DNA of 64,000 nucleotides from Candidatus Parvarchaeum sp. (lineage in GTDB: Archaea > Nanobdellota > Nanobdellia > Pacearchaeales > GW2011-AR1), in contig DYFY01000003.1 in NCBI GenBank assembly GCA_020724955.1, forward strand, positions 23,463 to 87,462. The letters are read 5' to 3'. The translations under genes were made by a program, and so were the position numbers. Every line of letters begins with the position of its first letter. The first letter of the stretch is position 1. Under the pieces are notes generated by a model. That model was given only the letters and a program-made list of their open reading frames with translations, did not search any database and was not told the origin of the DNA. Positions 27,569 through 36,683 of this stretch are shown here, piece by piece.

Positions 27569-29248
27569 ATGGCAAGTAAAAAATTGTTCGGAATTTTCGC
27601 AGGAATTTTCATTGCTTTGATGCTGGCAGGACTCGGGAGTGCTAAGGTAACTTTTGAAGATGTCATTGGAGCAGCGCAAACTGCAGAACCTGGAGAACAA
27701 ATAGCTATTTCCTTCAATGTGACTGCCTCAGGACATATAGGGCAGTTCAATAACGCCACTCTGATACTTCCAAATCTATTCGGTTCAGGAATAGGCATCT
27801 GGACAGGCGACACAGGAACATTTACGTTATTGCCTGAAAGCAAGGTTTTCAGAAGTTTAACTTTGACAATTCCTACAAACCAAGCTCCTGGAACATATAA
27901 CGGATTTGTTAACTTTACAGGGAATTATAATTTAACAACTTCTCCTCCAAACATAGAAGCACTTCCAGTCTCGATAATTATTAAGGAAGAACCTCAAACC
28001 CCTCTGAATTTCTGCAGAAGCGGTGTGACTGCCTCAGGCACAAATAATCTGTCTATCGATAGAATAAGTGTTGATAATTTGGGAGAGGGAAGCGATGAAG
28101 AGTGGAGGCTTCTGGACAATGTAGATATAGAAGTAAGAGTGGACAATATAGGAGATGATGATTTAGATGATGTAATAGTAGAGATGGGATTGTTTGATGG
28201 CTCTGGAAACAACGTAGTTAACGATTTGGATTTCGAAGATAGCGATGAAGAGAAGCAGGACTTGGGAAGAATAAGAGATGGAGATGATGCAACAGCCAAC
28301 TTTAAGTTTAAAATTCCAGCCGATTTTGAGGATAGATCTTATACATTGATTTTCAAGGCTTATCAGGATGGAGATGAAGACGAAATCTGTGTAGAAGAAG
28401 AGCATGACGAAAAGATAAGCGTAGAAAGAGAAACCGATGAAGACAAGTCTGTTATTGTGGACGAGATATCTATGCTTTTCGAAGTAGTTTGTGGTGAAGT
28501 AGTGAGTGGAAGTGCAACTGTTTTCAACATTGGAGAAGATGATTATAACGATCAGATATTAATTAGAATTTTTAATACAGAGCTAGGTATAGATGAAAAA
28601 ATAACTTTAAGAGGAGATTTAGATGTGGGAGATGATAAGGATTTTGACTTTAGTTTCGCGCTACCAGCAACAGCAGAAAGCAAGACCTACCCTATCAACT
28701 TTGAGACTAGGTATGACTGGGATGAAGATACAGAAGCGTATGATTTGGTTTCAGATGACCCTTCTCAGTTTTTAATGAGAGTGATAGGATGCTCAACTCC
28801 AACAGGCTCTGGGCCATTGCCTGACGTTGTCGTTACAGCAAACCAGCAGTCAGAAGCTAAAGCCGGAGAAGAATTCACAGTAAAAGTTGATCTCGCCAAT
28901 CTTGGAACACAATCTAAAAACTTAATCCTGAGCGTTTCAGGATTTGAATCTTGGGCTGAATTCGGGACACTATCCAATAGAATATTCAGCGTGGACTCGG
29001 CAAGTTCCGCCAGCTCGACAATAACTTTCAAGGTAAAACCTGGAGTTACAGGAAGGCAAATTTTCACTCTTGAAATAGCAGAAGGCACAACAACAAAGCT
29101 TCAGGAGATAGAAGTTACAGTTCTTGAAGAGTCAGGAGGATTCAACTTTGACTTCGGAAACAGCGGACTGCTTTGGGTAATCGGAGCAGTAAATTTGATT
29201 CTGATAATTCTTATAATAATTGTGGCAGTCAGGCTTTCAAGAAGATAG
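27569..29248 (+). CDS. Acidic cell-surface protein with CARDB-like beta-sandwich domains and a C-terminal TM anchor
   Basis: 559 aa. It has an N-terminal signal (LFGIFAGIFIALMLAGLGSA), repeated ...V.N.G..D.. modules and a very Asp/Glu-rich sequence. The C-terminus has a TM helix followed by RLSRR. Confidence 0.6.
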   Translation: MASKKLFGIFAGIFIALMLAGLGSAKVTFEDVIGAAQTAEPGEQIAISFNVTASGHIGQFNNATLILPNLFGSGIGIWTGDTGTFTLLPESKVFRSLTLTIPTNQAPGTYNGFVNFTGNYNLTTSPPNIEALPVSIIIKEEPQTPLNFCRSGVTASGTNNLSIDRISVDNLGEGSDEEWRLLDNVDIEVRVDNIGDDDLDDVIVEMGLFDGSGNNVVNDLDFEDSDEEKQDLGRIRDGDDATANFKFKIPADFEDRSYTLIFKAYQDGDEDEICVEEEHDEKISVERETDEDKSVIVDEISMLFEVVCGEVVSGSATVFNIGEDDYNDQILIRIFNTELGIDEKITLRGDLDVGDDKDFDFSFALPATAESKTYPINFETRYDWDEDTEAYDLVSDDPSQFLMRVIGCSTPTGSGPLPDVVVTANQQSEAKAGEEFTVKVDLANLGTQSKNLILSVSGFESWAEFGTLSNRIFSVDSASSASSTITFKVKPGVTGRQIFTLEIAEGTTTKLQEIEVTVLEESGGFNFDFGNSGLLWVIGAVNLILIILIIIVAVRLSRR

Positions 29249-29371
29249 TTAATTAGTGAACTCGCAAGAAATCTATCGTTTAGCCTGCAGCTGAATTACA
29301 GTAACTTTCTTTATTTTTTGAAAGTAAAAGTGTTGAAAGTAAAATCAGTCGGCCTGCTTTTGTTTAACTAT

Positions 29372-29445
29372 ATCAGACGACATGCAAAATCCCCAATTTG
29401 TCGTCTGCTATTTAGGGAAAGACTTATGCCTTTCACTAAACATAT
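29372..29445 (+). repeat. Intergenic repeat family, copy B
   Basis: ATCAGACGACATGCAAAATCCCCAATTTGTCGTCTGCTATTTAGGGAAAGACTTATGCCTTTCACTAAACAT. It contains a perfect 8-bp stem, CAGACGAC (29374-29381) with GTCGTCTG (29400-29407). Confidence 0.7.
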
Positions 29446-29573
29446 AAAAATCTGAAACTTATAGAAGAGGCAACTATAATATAGATATTTGCCAATTCCA
29501 AGTTTTTTGATTGAAATTTTTAGCACATTACTGCCATGGCAACGCTTTAATAGTTTACAGATTTGCTTTCAAA

Positions 29574-30218
29574 ATGACTTTTGAAATCCTTGCGGAATTT
29601 ACTAACGCGCTTCTGGAAATAGCCTCTGCTTTAGGTTATTTTGGAGTTTTTTTCTTGATGGTTATTGAAAGCTCATTTATACCCTTTCCAAGCGAGGTAG
29701 TGCTTATTCCAGCAGGAGCCTTAGTAGCTAGGGGAGAAATGTCCTTCAGTCTTGTTCTTTTTTTCTCTATACTTGGAAGCATAATAGGAGCTTTGCTGAA
29801 CTATTTTCTAGCAATGTTCTTGGGAAGAAACCTTATAGATAAACTTATTAAAAAATACGGAAAAGTATTTCTTATTGATAGCTCTAAGCTTAAAAAAGTA
29901 GACTCTTTTTTTGTCAGACACGGAGAGATAACCACTTTCACAGGAAGACTTATTCCTGTAGTAAGGCAGTTAATATCCCTTCCAGCCGGTTTCGCAAAAA
30001 TGGACTTGCCTAAATTCATAGCATTTACAGCCATAGGTGCAGGAATATGGAGTGCAATCTTAATTTATCTAGGCTACGCATTAGGAAGTAATTTAACTCT
30101 GATCAAAGGCAATTTATCAAGTTTGACGTTCATTGTTTTTATTTTGGTCCTTTTAATTCTAATCATTTATCTTTTGAAAGGCTCTAGGAATTTGCTTTCG
30201 CGTCAAGTATCATCTTGA
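29574..30218 (+). CDS. DedA-family (SNARE-associated) membrane protein
   Basis: IESSFIPFPSEVVLIPAG and GRLIPVVRQLISLPAG motifs. I placed the start at the internal ATG at 29574; the track ORF begins at 29511. Confidence 0.75.
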   Translation: MTFEILAEFTNALLEIASALGYFGVFFLMVIESSFIPFPSEVVLIPAGALVARGEMSFSLVLFFSILGSIIGALLNYFLAMFLGRNLIDKLIKKYGKVFLIDSSKLKKVDSFFVRHGEITTFTGRLIPVVRQLISLPAGFAKMDLPKFIAFTAIGAGIWSAILIYLGYALGSNLTLIKGNLSSLTFIVFILVLLILIIYLLKGSRNLLSRQVSS

Positions 30219-30849
30219 TCTGAAGTTTCTCGACGGCATCTTGTATTCTGCAGTCATCTCCAACAAGAATGGTGTAGCACTTATCTTCCAGTATTATCTT
30301 AGTTTGAGTTTCATTAGACTTCATTATTTGGAACACATTAACATTACTGGCTTTTTTGTTTTCACAAGTCACATAATTATGTCCATGAATTAGAGACTCA
30401 ACATAATCCATATTTCCAGATCTGACTTCAATATTGTTCGTAGATAAAAATTGGGACAAAGTTCCGATAGCCAAAAGACTGTCCTCACATTGTTTTAAGT
30501 GTGCTGTTTTGATTGTTATATAAGCTATCGGAGAATAAAGAAATGATTTGAATTTTATTGTGTTGTTTCCCTCTAGGGCAATGTTATTCTCTTTAGGATT
30601 TTTTCTTAAAAATAAATCATATTGAACTATTTGTTTATCTTTGTTGGGAAAATTATATGAGTATTTATAGAATTCAAGCTTTCCTATTCTTTCTTTAGTG
30701 AAGGTCAGTCCTTCATATTCAACTTGTCCAATTTTTTTAAAAATAGCACTAGAAACAAAGAAGACAATAACTAAAAAAACAAAAAAACCAACTATATATA
30801 ATATCTCTTTTTCGATTTTTCTGTCTTTTTTTTGCTTTTTTTCAGCCAT
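30184..30849 (-). CDS. N-terminally anchored Cys-containing protein, paralog of 30890..31432
   Basis: 221 aa with one N-terminal TM helix. Its C-terminal part KSNETQTKIILEDKCYTILVGDDCRIQDA resembles KSNYQRVYQEKNCIFIYGNSESVDA in the neighbouring gene. Confidence 0.5.
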   Translation of the reverse strand: MAEKKQKKDRKIEKEILYIVGFFVFLVIVFFVSSAIFKKIGQVEYEGLTFTKERIGKLEFYKYSYNFPNKDKQIVQYDLFLRKNPKENNIALEGNNTIKFKSFLYSPIAYITIKTAHLKQCEDSLLAIGTLSQFLSTNNIEVRSGNMDYVESLIHGHNYVTCENKKASNVNVFQIMKSNETQTKIILEDKCYTILVGDDCRIQDAVEKLQIKMILDAKANS

Positions 30850-30889
30850 AAACTATCATATCCCCTTTTGTTTTAAATCTTTCTGCCGC

Positions 30890-31432
30890 CTAATACAACC
30901 TAAGGAGCCTATAAAAAAAAGCATCAACCGATTCAGAATTTCCGTAGATAAATATGCAATTTTTTTCCTGATAAACTCTTTGATAATTAGATTTTTCAAA
31001 GATAATTAAGTTGTCCTCACAGGTTTTTTCCGGAAGATTTTTTTCACATTTTCCGTAGCAAGCGTCTTGTATTCTTGTTACTACCTGGTTGAAATTAGCT
31101 CTTATGTAAAAAGCTATATCTTCCTCTTTACTATCCAGAAACAGCTCAGACTCATAATAATCCTCAAGACTCTTGTTCGTGCTGACTTCAATGTTTTTTA
31201 CTTTTTCATAACTATTTAAAAAATTGAATTCCAACCCATTTAATTCATATCTAAAATAGTCATTTTTGTTCTCATAATTTTCTTTTTCTTGGTTTCCTGC
31301 AAAAAGATCTGAATTGATAAGAGAATAGCCGAGTGTGCTAAAAAACATAAGGAAGATTAGTAGCCCTCCAACAAGCCATTTCTTTCTGACTTCAGCTTTT
31401 TCAAGCTTTTCTTTAGAAGTTATTTTTTTCAT
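30890..31432 (-). CDS. N-terminally anchored Cys-containing protein, downstream of the S-layer gene
   Basis: 180 aa with one N-terminal TM helix and four Cys in the C-terminal half. Confidence 0.5.
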   Translation of the reverse strand: MKKITSKEKLEKAEVRKKWLVGGLLIFLMFFSTLGYSLINSDLFAGNQEKENYENKNDYFRYELNGLEFNFLNSYEKVKNIEVSTNKSLEDYYESELFLDSKEEDIAFYIRANFNQVVTRIQDACYGKCEKNLPEKTCEDNLIIFEKSNYQRVYQEKNCIFIYGNSESVDAFFYRLLRLY

Positions 31433-31468
31433 AAGAAAGATAGTAAAAACCAGTTTAAAAAATTAACC

Positions 31469-31498
31469 AAAAAAAGAAAAAAAAGAAAAAAAACAAAA
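31469..31498 (-). terminator. Oligo-T tract, candidate archaeal intrinsic terminator after the S-layer gene
   Basis: The minus strand reads CTTTTGTTTTTTTTCTTTTTTTTCTTTTTTTGG, starting a few nt after the stop codon at 31503. Confidence 0.5.
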
Positions 31499-31502
31499 GT
31501 GT

Positions 31503-34019
31503 TTAGACTAACTGAGCACTAGTGGCTGAGGTTCCAACATATTTCTTGCCCACAGTAGTGTCCACAGGCTGAGTTCTCAGATAAGTAGCCGCATTGGTGG
31601 TATCAACAGCATTATAGCCTGCTACTAATGTAGCAACCTTAGTGCTAGAACCAGGAGCGTTAAATGTCTGAATCAAAAATTCTCCAGACCCAACTCCAGT
31701 TGCAGCTTCCCAATCAGATTCACACAAAGGCACATCAGAGCCTAATAAACTAGCAGCCATAGTGTTAATACAAGCACCTCCAACAACAATAAAGTTCACT
31801 CCTGAAACAGAAGAAACTTCACTATCTTTGATAGGAATTATGCTTGTTTTGCTAGTGGTTGCAGCTTTACTAGACGCAAGATACACCATTGCATATGTCT
31901 GAGACTCTCCAGTAGGATAATACACCTCTGCCCAGTCCTGATCAGGATCTGTATAGTGCACTACTTTAGGAGCCACGTCATCATACACATAAGCCTCGTA
32001 TGTATTGGTATTTGCGATTTCTTTCCCATGCACACCGCCTGTTCCTGAAAATGTACCTGTTGTGTTTACTTGGTCAACATACAATTCAGTAGCAGTAGCA
32101 GAAGAAAGCCTTTCCGTAATTCTAACCTCAAATGCACTTCCTGAAGCGATGTTGTCGTCCTTGTCCTCGCCATCCATAGTCAGATGCCAAGTTGTGTTGG
32201 AGTGACCACCAGGAACGGTATCCGTAACATTGTTTTTTAGAGACAAGTTAATCGCTCCAATTGCTGTCTCACTTTGCTGAGGATATAAACCATGTAATTC
32301 ATAGTTATCTTGTTCAGTTACGCCGACAGCGTGTCCAGTATAGTTAGCCACATTATAAGGCAGATAAACCCTCAGGCCTCCAACCGAATAGATTGTGTTG
32401 AAGTTGGTGTTAGTTCCGGCAGTTATGTTGACGTATTCATCAGTAGCGTTCACAAAGATAGTTTCAATTGTAAATGAAACATCTCCGATAGTGATTTGGT
32501 CATTTGCTACCTTATCTGTAGCCTCAAACTGGCCAGTTACAACATTGTAAACATCAGTTTCATTTCTGTTGTTTCCAGTATCTTCCCTAGGTCGAAGCTC
32601 CAAAAGATAGGATTCACCACTATCGCTGTCATTATATGTTGCAACGAAATACTGATGGTAATCCAAATTGTTTTTCTTCTCCCAGAAGGTCAATCTTCCA
32701 ATAGGGGAACTAGCAAATCTTTTGTCAGTTGCTTCACCGAGTCCGATTATACCATCTGTCGCGTTGGAAAATACCAAATTTATTGAGGCAGTACCGTCTT
32801 TGACAGGAACCCTCAACTCTACACTGTCATCTCCATCATTTTGAATAACTATCTTATCTTCTTCTCCCCTCACAAACTCAGTCATACTAAACTTCAATCC
32901 ACCTAATCCAGGCAGAGAAATTTCTGATTCGGGAGTGACGAATAATTCTTCATCAGCCTTCCATTCAATAGCTATCTTATCGATTTTGGCAGCTCCTCCA
33001 GAAGGTGTTCCTTTGTAGAGATATGCTCTAACGTCAGAGACAGTGTCGTCATTCAACTGTATTTCGGCCTTGTGTTCAAGTTCCAATTTTCCTCTACCTA
33101 AACTGAACTCAACAGTTCCAAGTTCTCCTGAAACTTCAAGCTTTCTTACGTCAGTTATCCCAACATAAGTTCCATCAGATAGCTTTTCAGTTTGTCCTTC
33201 AGATAAGTCATCTGTTATTTCTCCGTTAACCGAAAGCGCAGCACTATCAGAATCGATATAATCGATTTTGACATCATAGCTGACACCGTCAACAATAAGA
33301 TTTACAGTTTCACCTTCTCTTACTAAACCCTTTCCTGCAGCGTCAAGCAGAGTGATTTTACCTGTCTCTCCTTGAACAGTTCCATTTTTCCAGTCAGAAA
33401 TGTAAAATTCCTTCCCAAACATTGGCAAGAAACTACCTTCCAAGTCGTCTAAATCTCCGCCAACCACATCAGACTCTGCATCATCAAGAAAGTCAATAGT
33501 GTAGTTCAGAAGAAACTGTCCATTAGATATGTTTATTCCTATAACTGGAGTGCTTTCGCTAAGCCCAACCAAAGATTCGTAGTCAGAGTCTCTAAAATGA
33601 GCCAGTTCAGGACTTCCCAAAGTTACCTTTTGTTCAAAGTCAAAGGTATCAGAATCGTCTGCAGTATAGACTCCATCAGCAAGCAATTCCAAGTCTTCAT
33701 CGTCAACTGTAGTTCCAAAAGGTCCATTCAAGGCATCCCCAAGATTCAAGTTGTCACTGGATTTAGCAAGCAATACGCTATCCCCTTCTATTGTTCCTGT
33801 TCCAGTAGTTGTCACAAAGCTTTGCAGGCTTGTTCCAATAGATGTCGCAGCAACCAAGTCAGTTTGGGCAGCATTAGCTCCATGAACCACAGCTACATCT
33901 GCCTTACCTTCTGTCACGAAAGGAGCAGGGTAATTAGCAGCAGCAGCCAAGGCCACGGTAGAGCCTAGCATCAGCGTTGATGCAGCAGCAGAAGCAATTT
34001 TTCTGAAATTAAATTTCAT
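31503..34019 (-). CDS. S-layer (major surface) protein
   Basis: 838 aa. It has a signal peptide (MKFNFRKIASAAASTLMLGSTVALAAAA) and an N-terminal part (YPAPFVTEGKADVAVVHGANAAQTDLVAATSIG). The C-terminal part (NFIVVGGACINTMAASLL...VATLVAGYNAVDTTNAATYL) resembles methanogen-type S_layer_N/S_layer_C architecture. There are many N-x-S/T sequons. The gene also has a strong SD, a long leader and a T-tract terminator. Confidence 0.7.
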   Translation of the reverse strand: MKFNFRKIASAAASTLMLGSTVALAAAANYPAPFVTEGKADVAVVHGANAAQTDLVAATSIGTSLQSFVTTTGTGTIEGDSVLLAKSSDNLNLGDALNGPFGTTVDDEDLELLADGVYTADDSDTFDFEQKVTLGSPELAHFRDSDYESLVGLSESTPVIGINISNGQFLLNYTIDFLDDAESDVVGGDLDDLEGSFLPMFGKEFYISDWKNGTVQGETGKITLLDAAGKGLVREGETVNLIVDGVSYDVKIDYIDSDSAALSVNGEITDDLSEGQTEKLSDGTYVGITDVRKLEVSGELGTVEFSLGRGKLELEHKAEIQLNDDTVSDVRAYLYKGTPSGGAAKIDKIAIEWKADEELFVTPESEISLPGLGGLKFSMTEFVRGEEDKIVIQNDGDDSVELRVPVKDGTASINLVFSNATDGIIGLGEATDKRFASSPIGRLTFWEKKNNLDYHQYFVATYNDSDSGESYLLELRPREDTGNNRNETDVYNVVTGQFEATDKVANDQITIGDVSFTIETIFVNATDEYVNITAGTNTNFNTIYSVGGLRVYLPYNVANYTGHAVGVTEQDNYELHGLYPQQSETAIGAINLSLKNNVTDTVPGGHSNTTWHLTMDGEDKDDNIASGSAFEVRITERLSSATATELYVDQVNTTGTFSGTGGVHGKEIANTNTYEAYVYDDVAPKVVHYTDPDQDWAEVYYPTGESQTYAMVYLASSKAATTSKTSIIPIKDSEVSSVSGVNFIVVGGACINTMAASLLGSDVPLCESDWEAATGVGSGEFLIQTFNAPGSSTKVATLVAGYNAVDTTNAATYLRTQPVDTTVGKKYVGTSATSAQLV

Positions 34020-34190
34020 CTTTTTTATTAACCCCCTTTCAGCTCTTGTACCTTAGCCGCTCTTTCGAGCTCCCCTCAGGGAGGCCTTAAAGCCCGCTAC
34101 GTCAATAGCATGAAAAGCTACTGACAGGACACACTTTCATGTATCCGTCGGTACTCCGCTTTGGAGTATTACCTCTAATCATAATTCCTT
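34020..34190 (-). promoter_or_regulatory. Structured, GC-enriched 5' leader of the S-layer mRNA with an SD and an upstream TATA-like box
   Basis: The minus strand has AAGGGGGTTAATAAAAAAGATG (an SD about 12 nt before the ATG). Local hairpins lie at 34059-34070, 34070-34083, 34101-34125 and 34152-34168. A TTTAAA box lies near 34190. Confidence 0.4.
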
Positions 34191-34421
34191 TAAAAAGCTT
34201 TGCCTATTTTTTTTATCTTATAGGTGTAGTTACTCGGAAAGTCTTTAATTGATTTATAAATCTTTTGCTATCACTCTATTATTAAACACATATCAAAAGG
34301 TCCGCCTTTGACACTTACATTAATTTATATGTTTTTATTTAACATATATAAGATATAGAAACATATAAATACTTAATATATTATTGAGATATAGTAAATA
34401 AAATACCACCTATCTTCCAAA

Positions 34422-34781
34422 ATGGCGCAGAGAACAAAAACAAAGCAGATAACAATCGTCGATGAAAAGGGCACTTTCGGAGTTTTTCTTAAAATGCTTC
34501 AGGGTCCAAAGAGTGATTACGACTTCCAGAGCCTTTCTGCACTTAGAAGTCTGCTTTCAAACGAGAAAGCAAGGCTTATCCACACAATAAAAACAAAAAA
34601 TCCAAAATCTGTTTATTCTCTGGCCAAAATTCTTCAGAGGGATTTTAAATCAGTAAGCGAAGACATCAAGCTTTTGGAGAAATTCGGGTTTATAGACCTT
34701 ATAGCTGAAAAAACAGGAAAAAGAAACAGGCTCAAGCCAGTAGTTGTTTTGGACTCTCTTGTTATTGAGCTTAAAATTTAA
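34422..34781 (+). CDS. Predicted wHTH transcriptional regulator (COG4190-like)
   Basis: 119 aa. LSALRSLLSNEKARLIHTIKTKNPKSVYSLAKILQRDFKSVSEDIKLLEKFGFIDL...GKRNRLKPVV matches my recollection of the COG4190/HVO_A0114-type layout. Confidence 0.6.
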   Translation: MAQRTKTKQITIVDEKGTFGVFLKMLQGPKSDYDFQSLSALRSLLSNEKARLIHTIKTKNPKSVYSLAKILQRDFKSVSEDIKLLEKFGFIDLIAEKTGKRNRLKPVVVLDSLVIELKI

Positions 34782-35275
34782 CCGCAGAACTCGAGCCGTG
34801 TTATTATGCTTCCCGAATCTGATGGTATTGGATACTCAGCTCCTGAAACAGCTCCCAAGCATATCCCTGAGCTTAAAGAAATCACTTCATCGGAATTTTC
34901 ACCCAGCTCATATTTTGCCTCAAATTTATATCCTTTTACAGGCCTGTCTTCCCCAAAGGCAATGCTTTTTCCAAGCATTTCTTTTAGGCTCTGATTCAGG
35001 GCTTCACAAATTATTCTGCCGTCAACGCATTTGCTTGCCGAATTTTCATTGCACTCTCTTATAAGCTCGGATATCCTTCCGTAAGCAGGAATATAACCAA
35101 CAGCGCAGTCTGTTGTAAACTCAAGCATGCTTTCTAGCAGACTTCTGGCCTGAAAGCTGTCTCCAACAGCTTCATCAGAGCTTCTGAGGGCAAACCCTAG
35201 AAAAACCAAAGCAACAACACTCATAATTATGATTATTATTATAAAACCCACTATTTCTTCCTGTCCTTTTTTCAT
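34778..35275 (-). CDS. Class-III signal peptide (type IV pilin-like) protein P4
   Basis: I placed the start at MKKGQ|EEIVGFIIIIIIMSVVALVFLGF. This ATG overlaps the upstream stop codon as ATGA at 35272-35275. The mature part contains 6 Cys. The track ORF extends to 35317. Confidence 0.55.
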   Translation of the reverse strand: MKKGQEEIVGFIIIIIIMSVVALVFLGFALRSSDEAVGDSFQARSLLESMLEFTTDCAVGYIPAYGRISELIRECNENSASKCVDGRIICEALNQSLKEMLGKSIAFGEDRPVKGYKFEAKYELGENSDEVISLSSGICLGAVSGAEYPIPSDSGSIITRLEFCG

Positions 35276-35784
35276 TGTAATCCCTCTCCAGCTATAAGGA
35301 TTTTTCCAAGCTCGCATTTATAATATTTTTCAGAACTTTCATATCTGCACAAGGAGACAAACGAACTTTTTGCATTAAATATGTCCTCTTTTTCAACAAT
35401 AGTTATCTTCCCGCACTCGGGATAGTTTGTTTTAGTGCATTCCCCTTCTCCCTCCGGATAAATTTTTTCAATTCTCAAAAGAGACAGCTCCCAAAAATCT
35501 TTGTATCCTTGTCTTTCTTTTAGGAGAAAAGCCTTGTCAAGATCTATACAGCTTCTGCATTCGTCTATTTCCCACGAAAATTCAGGGGTTGTTGCTATCT
35601 CCCTGGCAGCCTGAAGAGCCCTCTCGTCTCTGAGGTTTTCAGCAGTATTCTTTAAGGACGAAGTCTGGAGGCTTAAGAGAAGTATTCCTGCCAGAGCAAA
35701 AAATAATACAATCGCAATCAGCACAAAAGCCATCTGCTGGACTTTCATCTGCCCTCTAGAAGAATTTACAGCTAAGTCTTTCAT
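35272..35784 (-). CDS. Class-III signal peptide (type IV pilin-like) protein P3
   Basis: 170 aa. The N-terminus is MKDLAVNSSRGQ|MKVQQMAFVLIAIVLFFALAGILLL and the globular part is Cys-rich. Confidence 0.55.
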   Translation of the reverse strand: MKDLAVNSSRGQMKVQQMAFVLIAIVLFFALAGILLLSLQTSSLKNTAENLRDERALQAAREIATTPEFSWEIDECRSCIDLDKAFLLKERQGYKDFWELSLLRIEKIYPEGEGECTKTNYPECGKITIVEKEDIFNAKSSFVSLCRYESSEKYYKCELGKILIAGEGLQ

Positions 35785-36682
35785 TTGTCCTCCTTAAATC
35801 TTCGGATTTTAAAGCTATTTGTTCAATCTCTCCTGAATTTTCAAGTTGAATTTCAGCTGCATAAATTCTTAACTCCTCTGCAAACTCTGCCCCGCAAGAA
35901 CCTCCGAATATTTCTGATTTGGCTGCGTACAGCTGAGCCAGCTCTCCGGCTCTTTTCATTAGTCTCTGAACTTGACATTCATATATCTCAGGCTCTGCAA
36001 AAATAGCCCCATAAAGCAGGGCATCCCCATAGTAGCTTACGGTTTTTCCCTTTAGGTTGTGAGTTACTCTCTCCGAGCTGGTATCCACGTTTATGTCGCA
36101 CCCGGAATCAAAGACATTTCCCGAGAAACATACTTTAATGCTTTCTCTGTTGCATTCGCTCATCTGTGAGGCAACAACCACTCTTTCCGCACGGCTTTCT
36201 TCCACGCTCTGCGGCGGATTGACAAAACAATATTCTTCTGTATAAGCATAAATCAGGCTTCCCACTTCGAATGGCATTTCAAAAGATTTTACAAATAAAT
36301 GCAATCTCTCGCCCTGCTCAACAGAATCCGAGAATAAATATTTGTCATAAGATATTTTTTCAATTTCCGGCTCTCTAAATCCCCCAGAGATGCCTGCCGA
36401 ATTAGCGCTTATTCTTTGTTCTCCGAAATTTCCTTCCGTCCTGCATGAATTAAAAATCCTGGTTTCTGTCGGAAAAGAAACATTCAGCGAGCTCTCATCT
36501 TCAATTCCTGCTCCCATTGGGTCAAGCAAAATGGCTATTTCGCTGGTGAGTTCGGCTTCAGCCCTTCTTTCTCCGCTGTTTATCACTCCAACAACAGCAT
36601 AGATTGATATAAACAAAATTGCTGCGCCCGCAATCATTGCAAAAAGCCACGCGAAACTAAACTCAATCGCTCTTTTGTTCAT
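35756..36682 (-). CDS. Class-III signal peptide (type IV pilin-like) protein P2
   Basis: 308 aa. The N-terminus is MNKRA|IEFSFAWLFAMIAGAAILFISIYAV and the protein has multiple Cys. Confidence 0.55.
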   Translation of the reverse strand: MNKRAIEFSFAWLFAMIAGAAILFISIYAVVGVINSGERRAEAELTSEIAILLDPMGAGIEDESSLNVSFPTETRIFNSCRTEGNFGEQRISANSAGISGGFREPEIEKISYDKYLFSDSVEQGERLHLFVKSFEMPFEVGSLIYAYTEEYCFVNPPQSVEESRAERVVVASQMSECNRESIKVCFSGNVFDSGCDINVDTSSERVTHNLKGKTVSYYGDALLYGAIFAEPEIYECQVQRLMKRAGELAQLYAAKSEIFGGSCGAEFAEELRIYAAEIQLENSGEIEQIALKSEDLRRTNERLSCKFF

Positions 36683-36683
36683 C

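Noticed and set aside
34020-34200. An independent structured ncRNA (SRP RNA, RNase P RNA or sRNA) upstream of the S-layer gene
   Set aside because: The region is too short and lacks motifs I could recognise for SRP or RNase P RNA. Its contiguity with an SD and the S-layer ATG makes a 5' leader the simpler explanation. I kept it as a finding rather than calling it an RNA gene.
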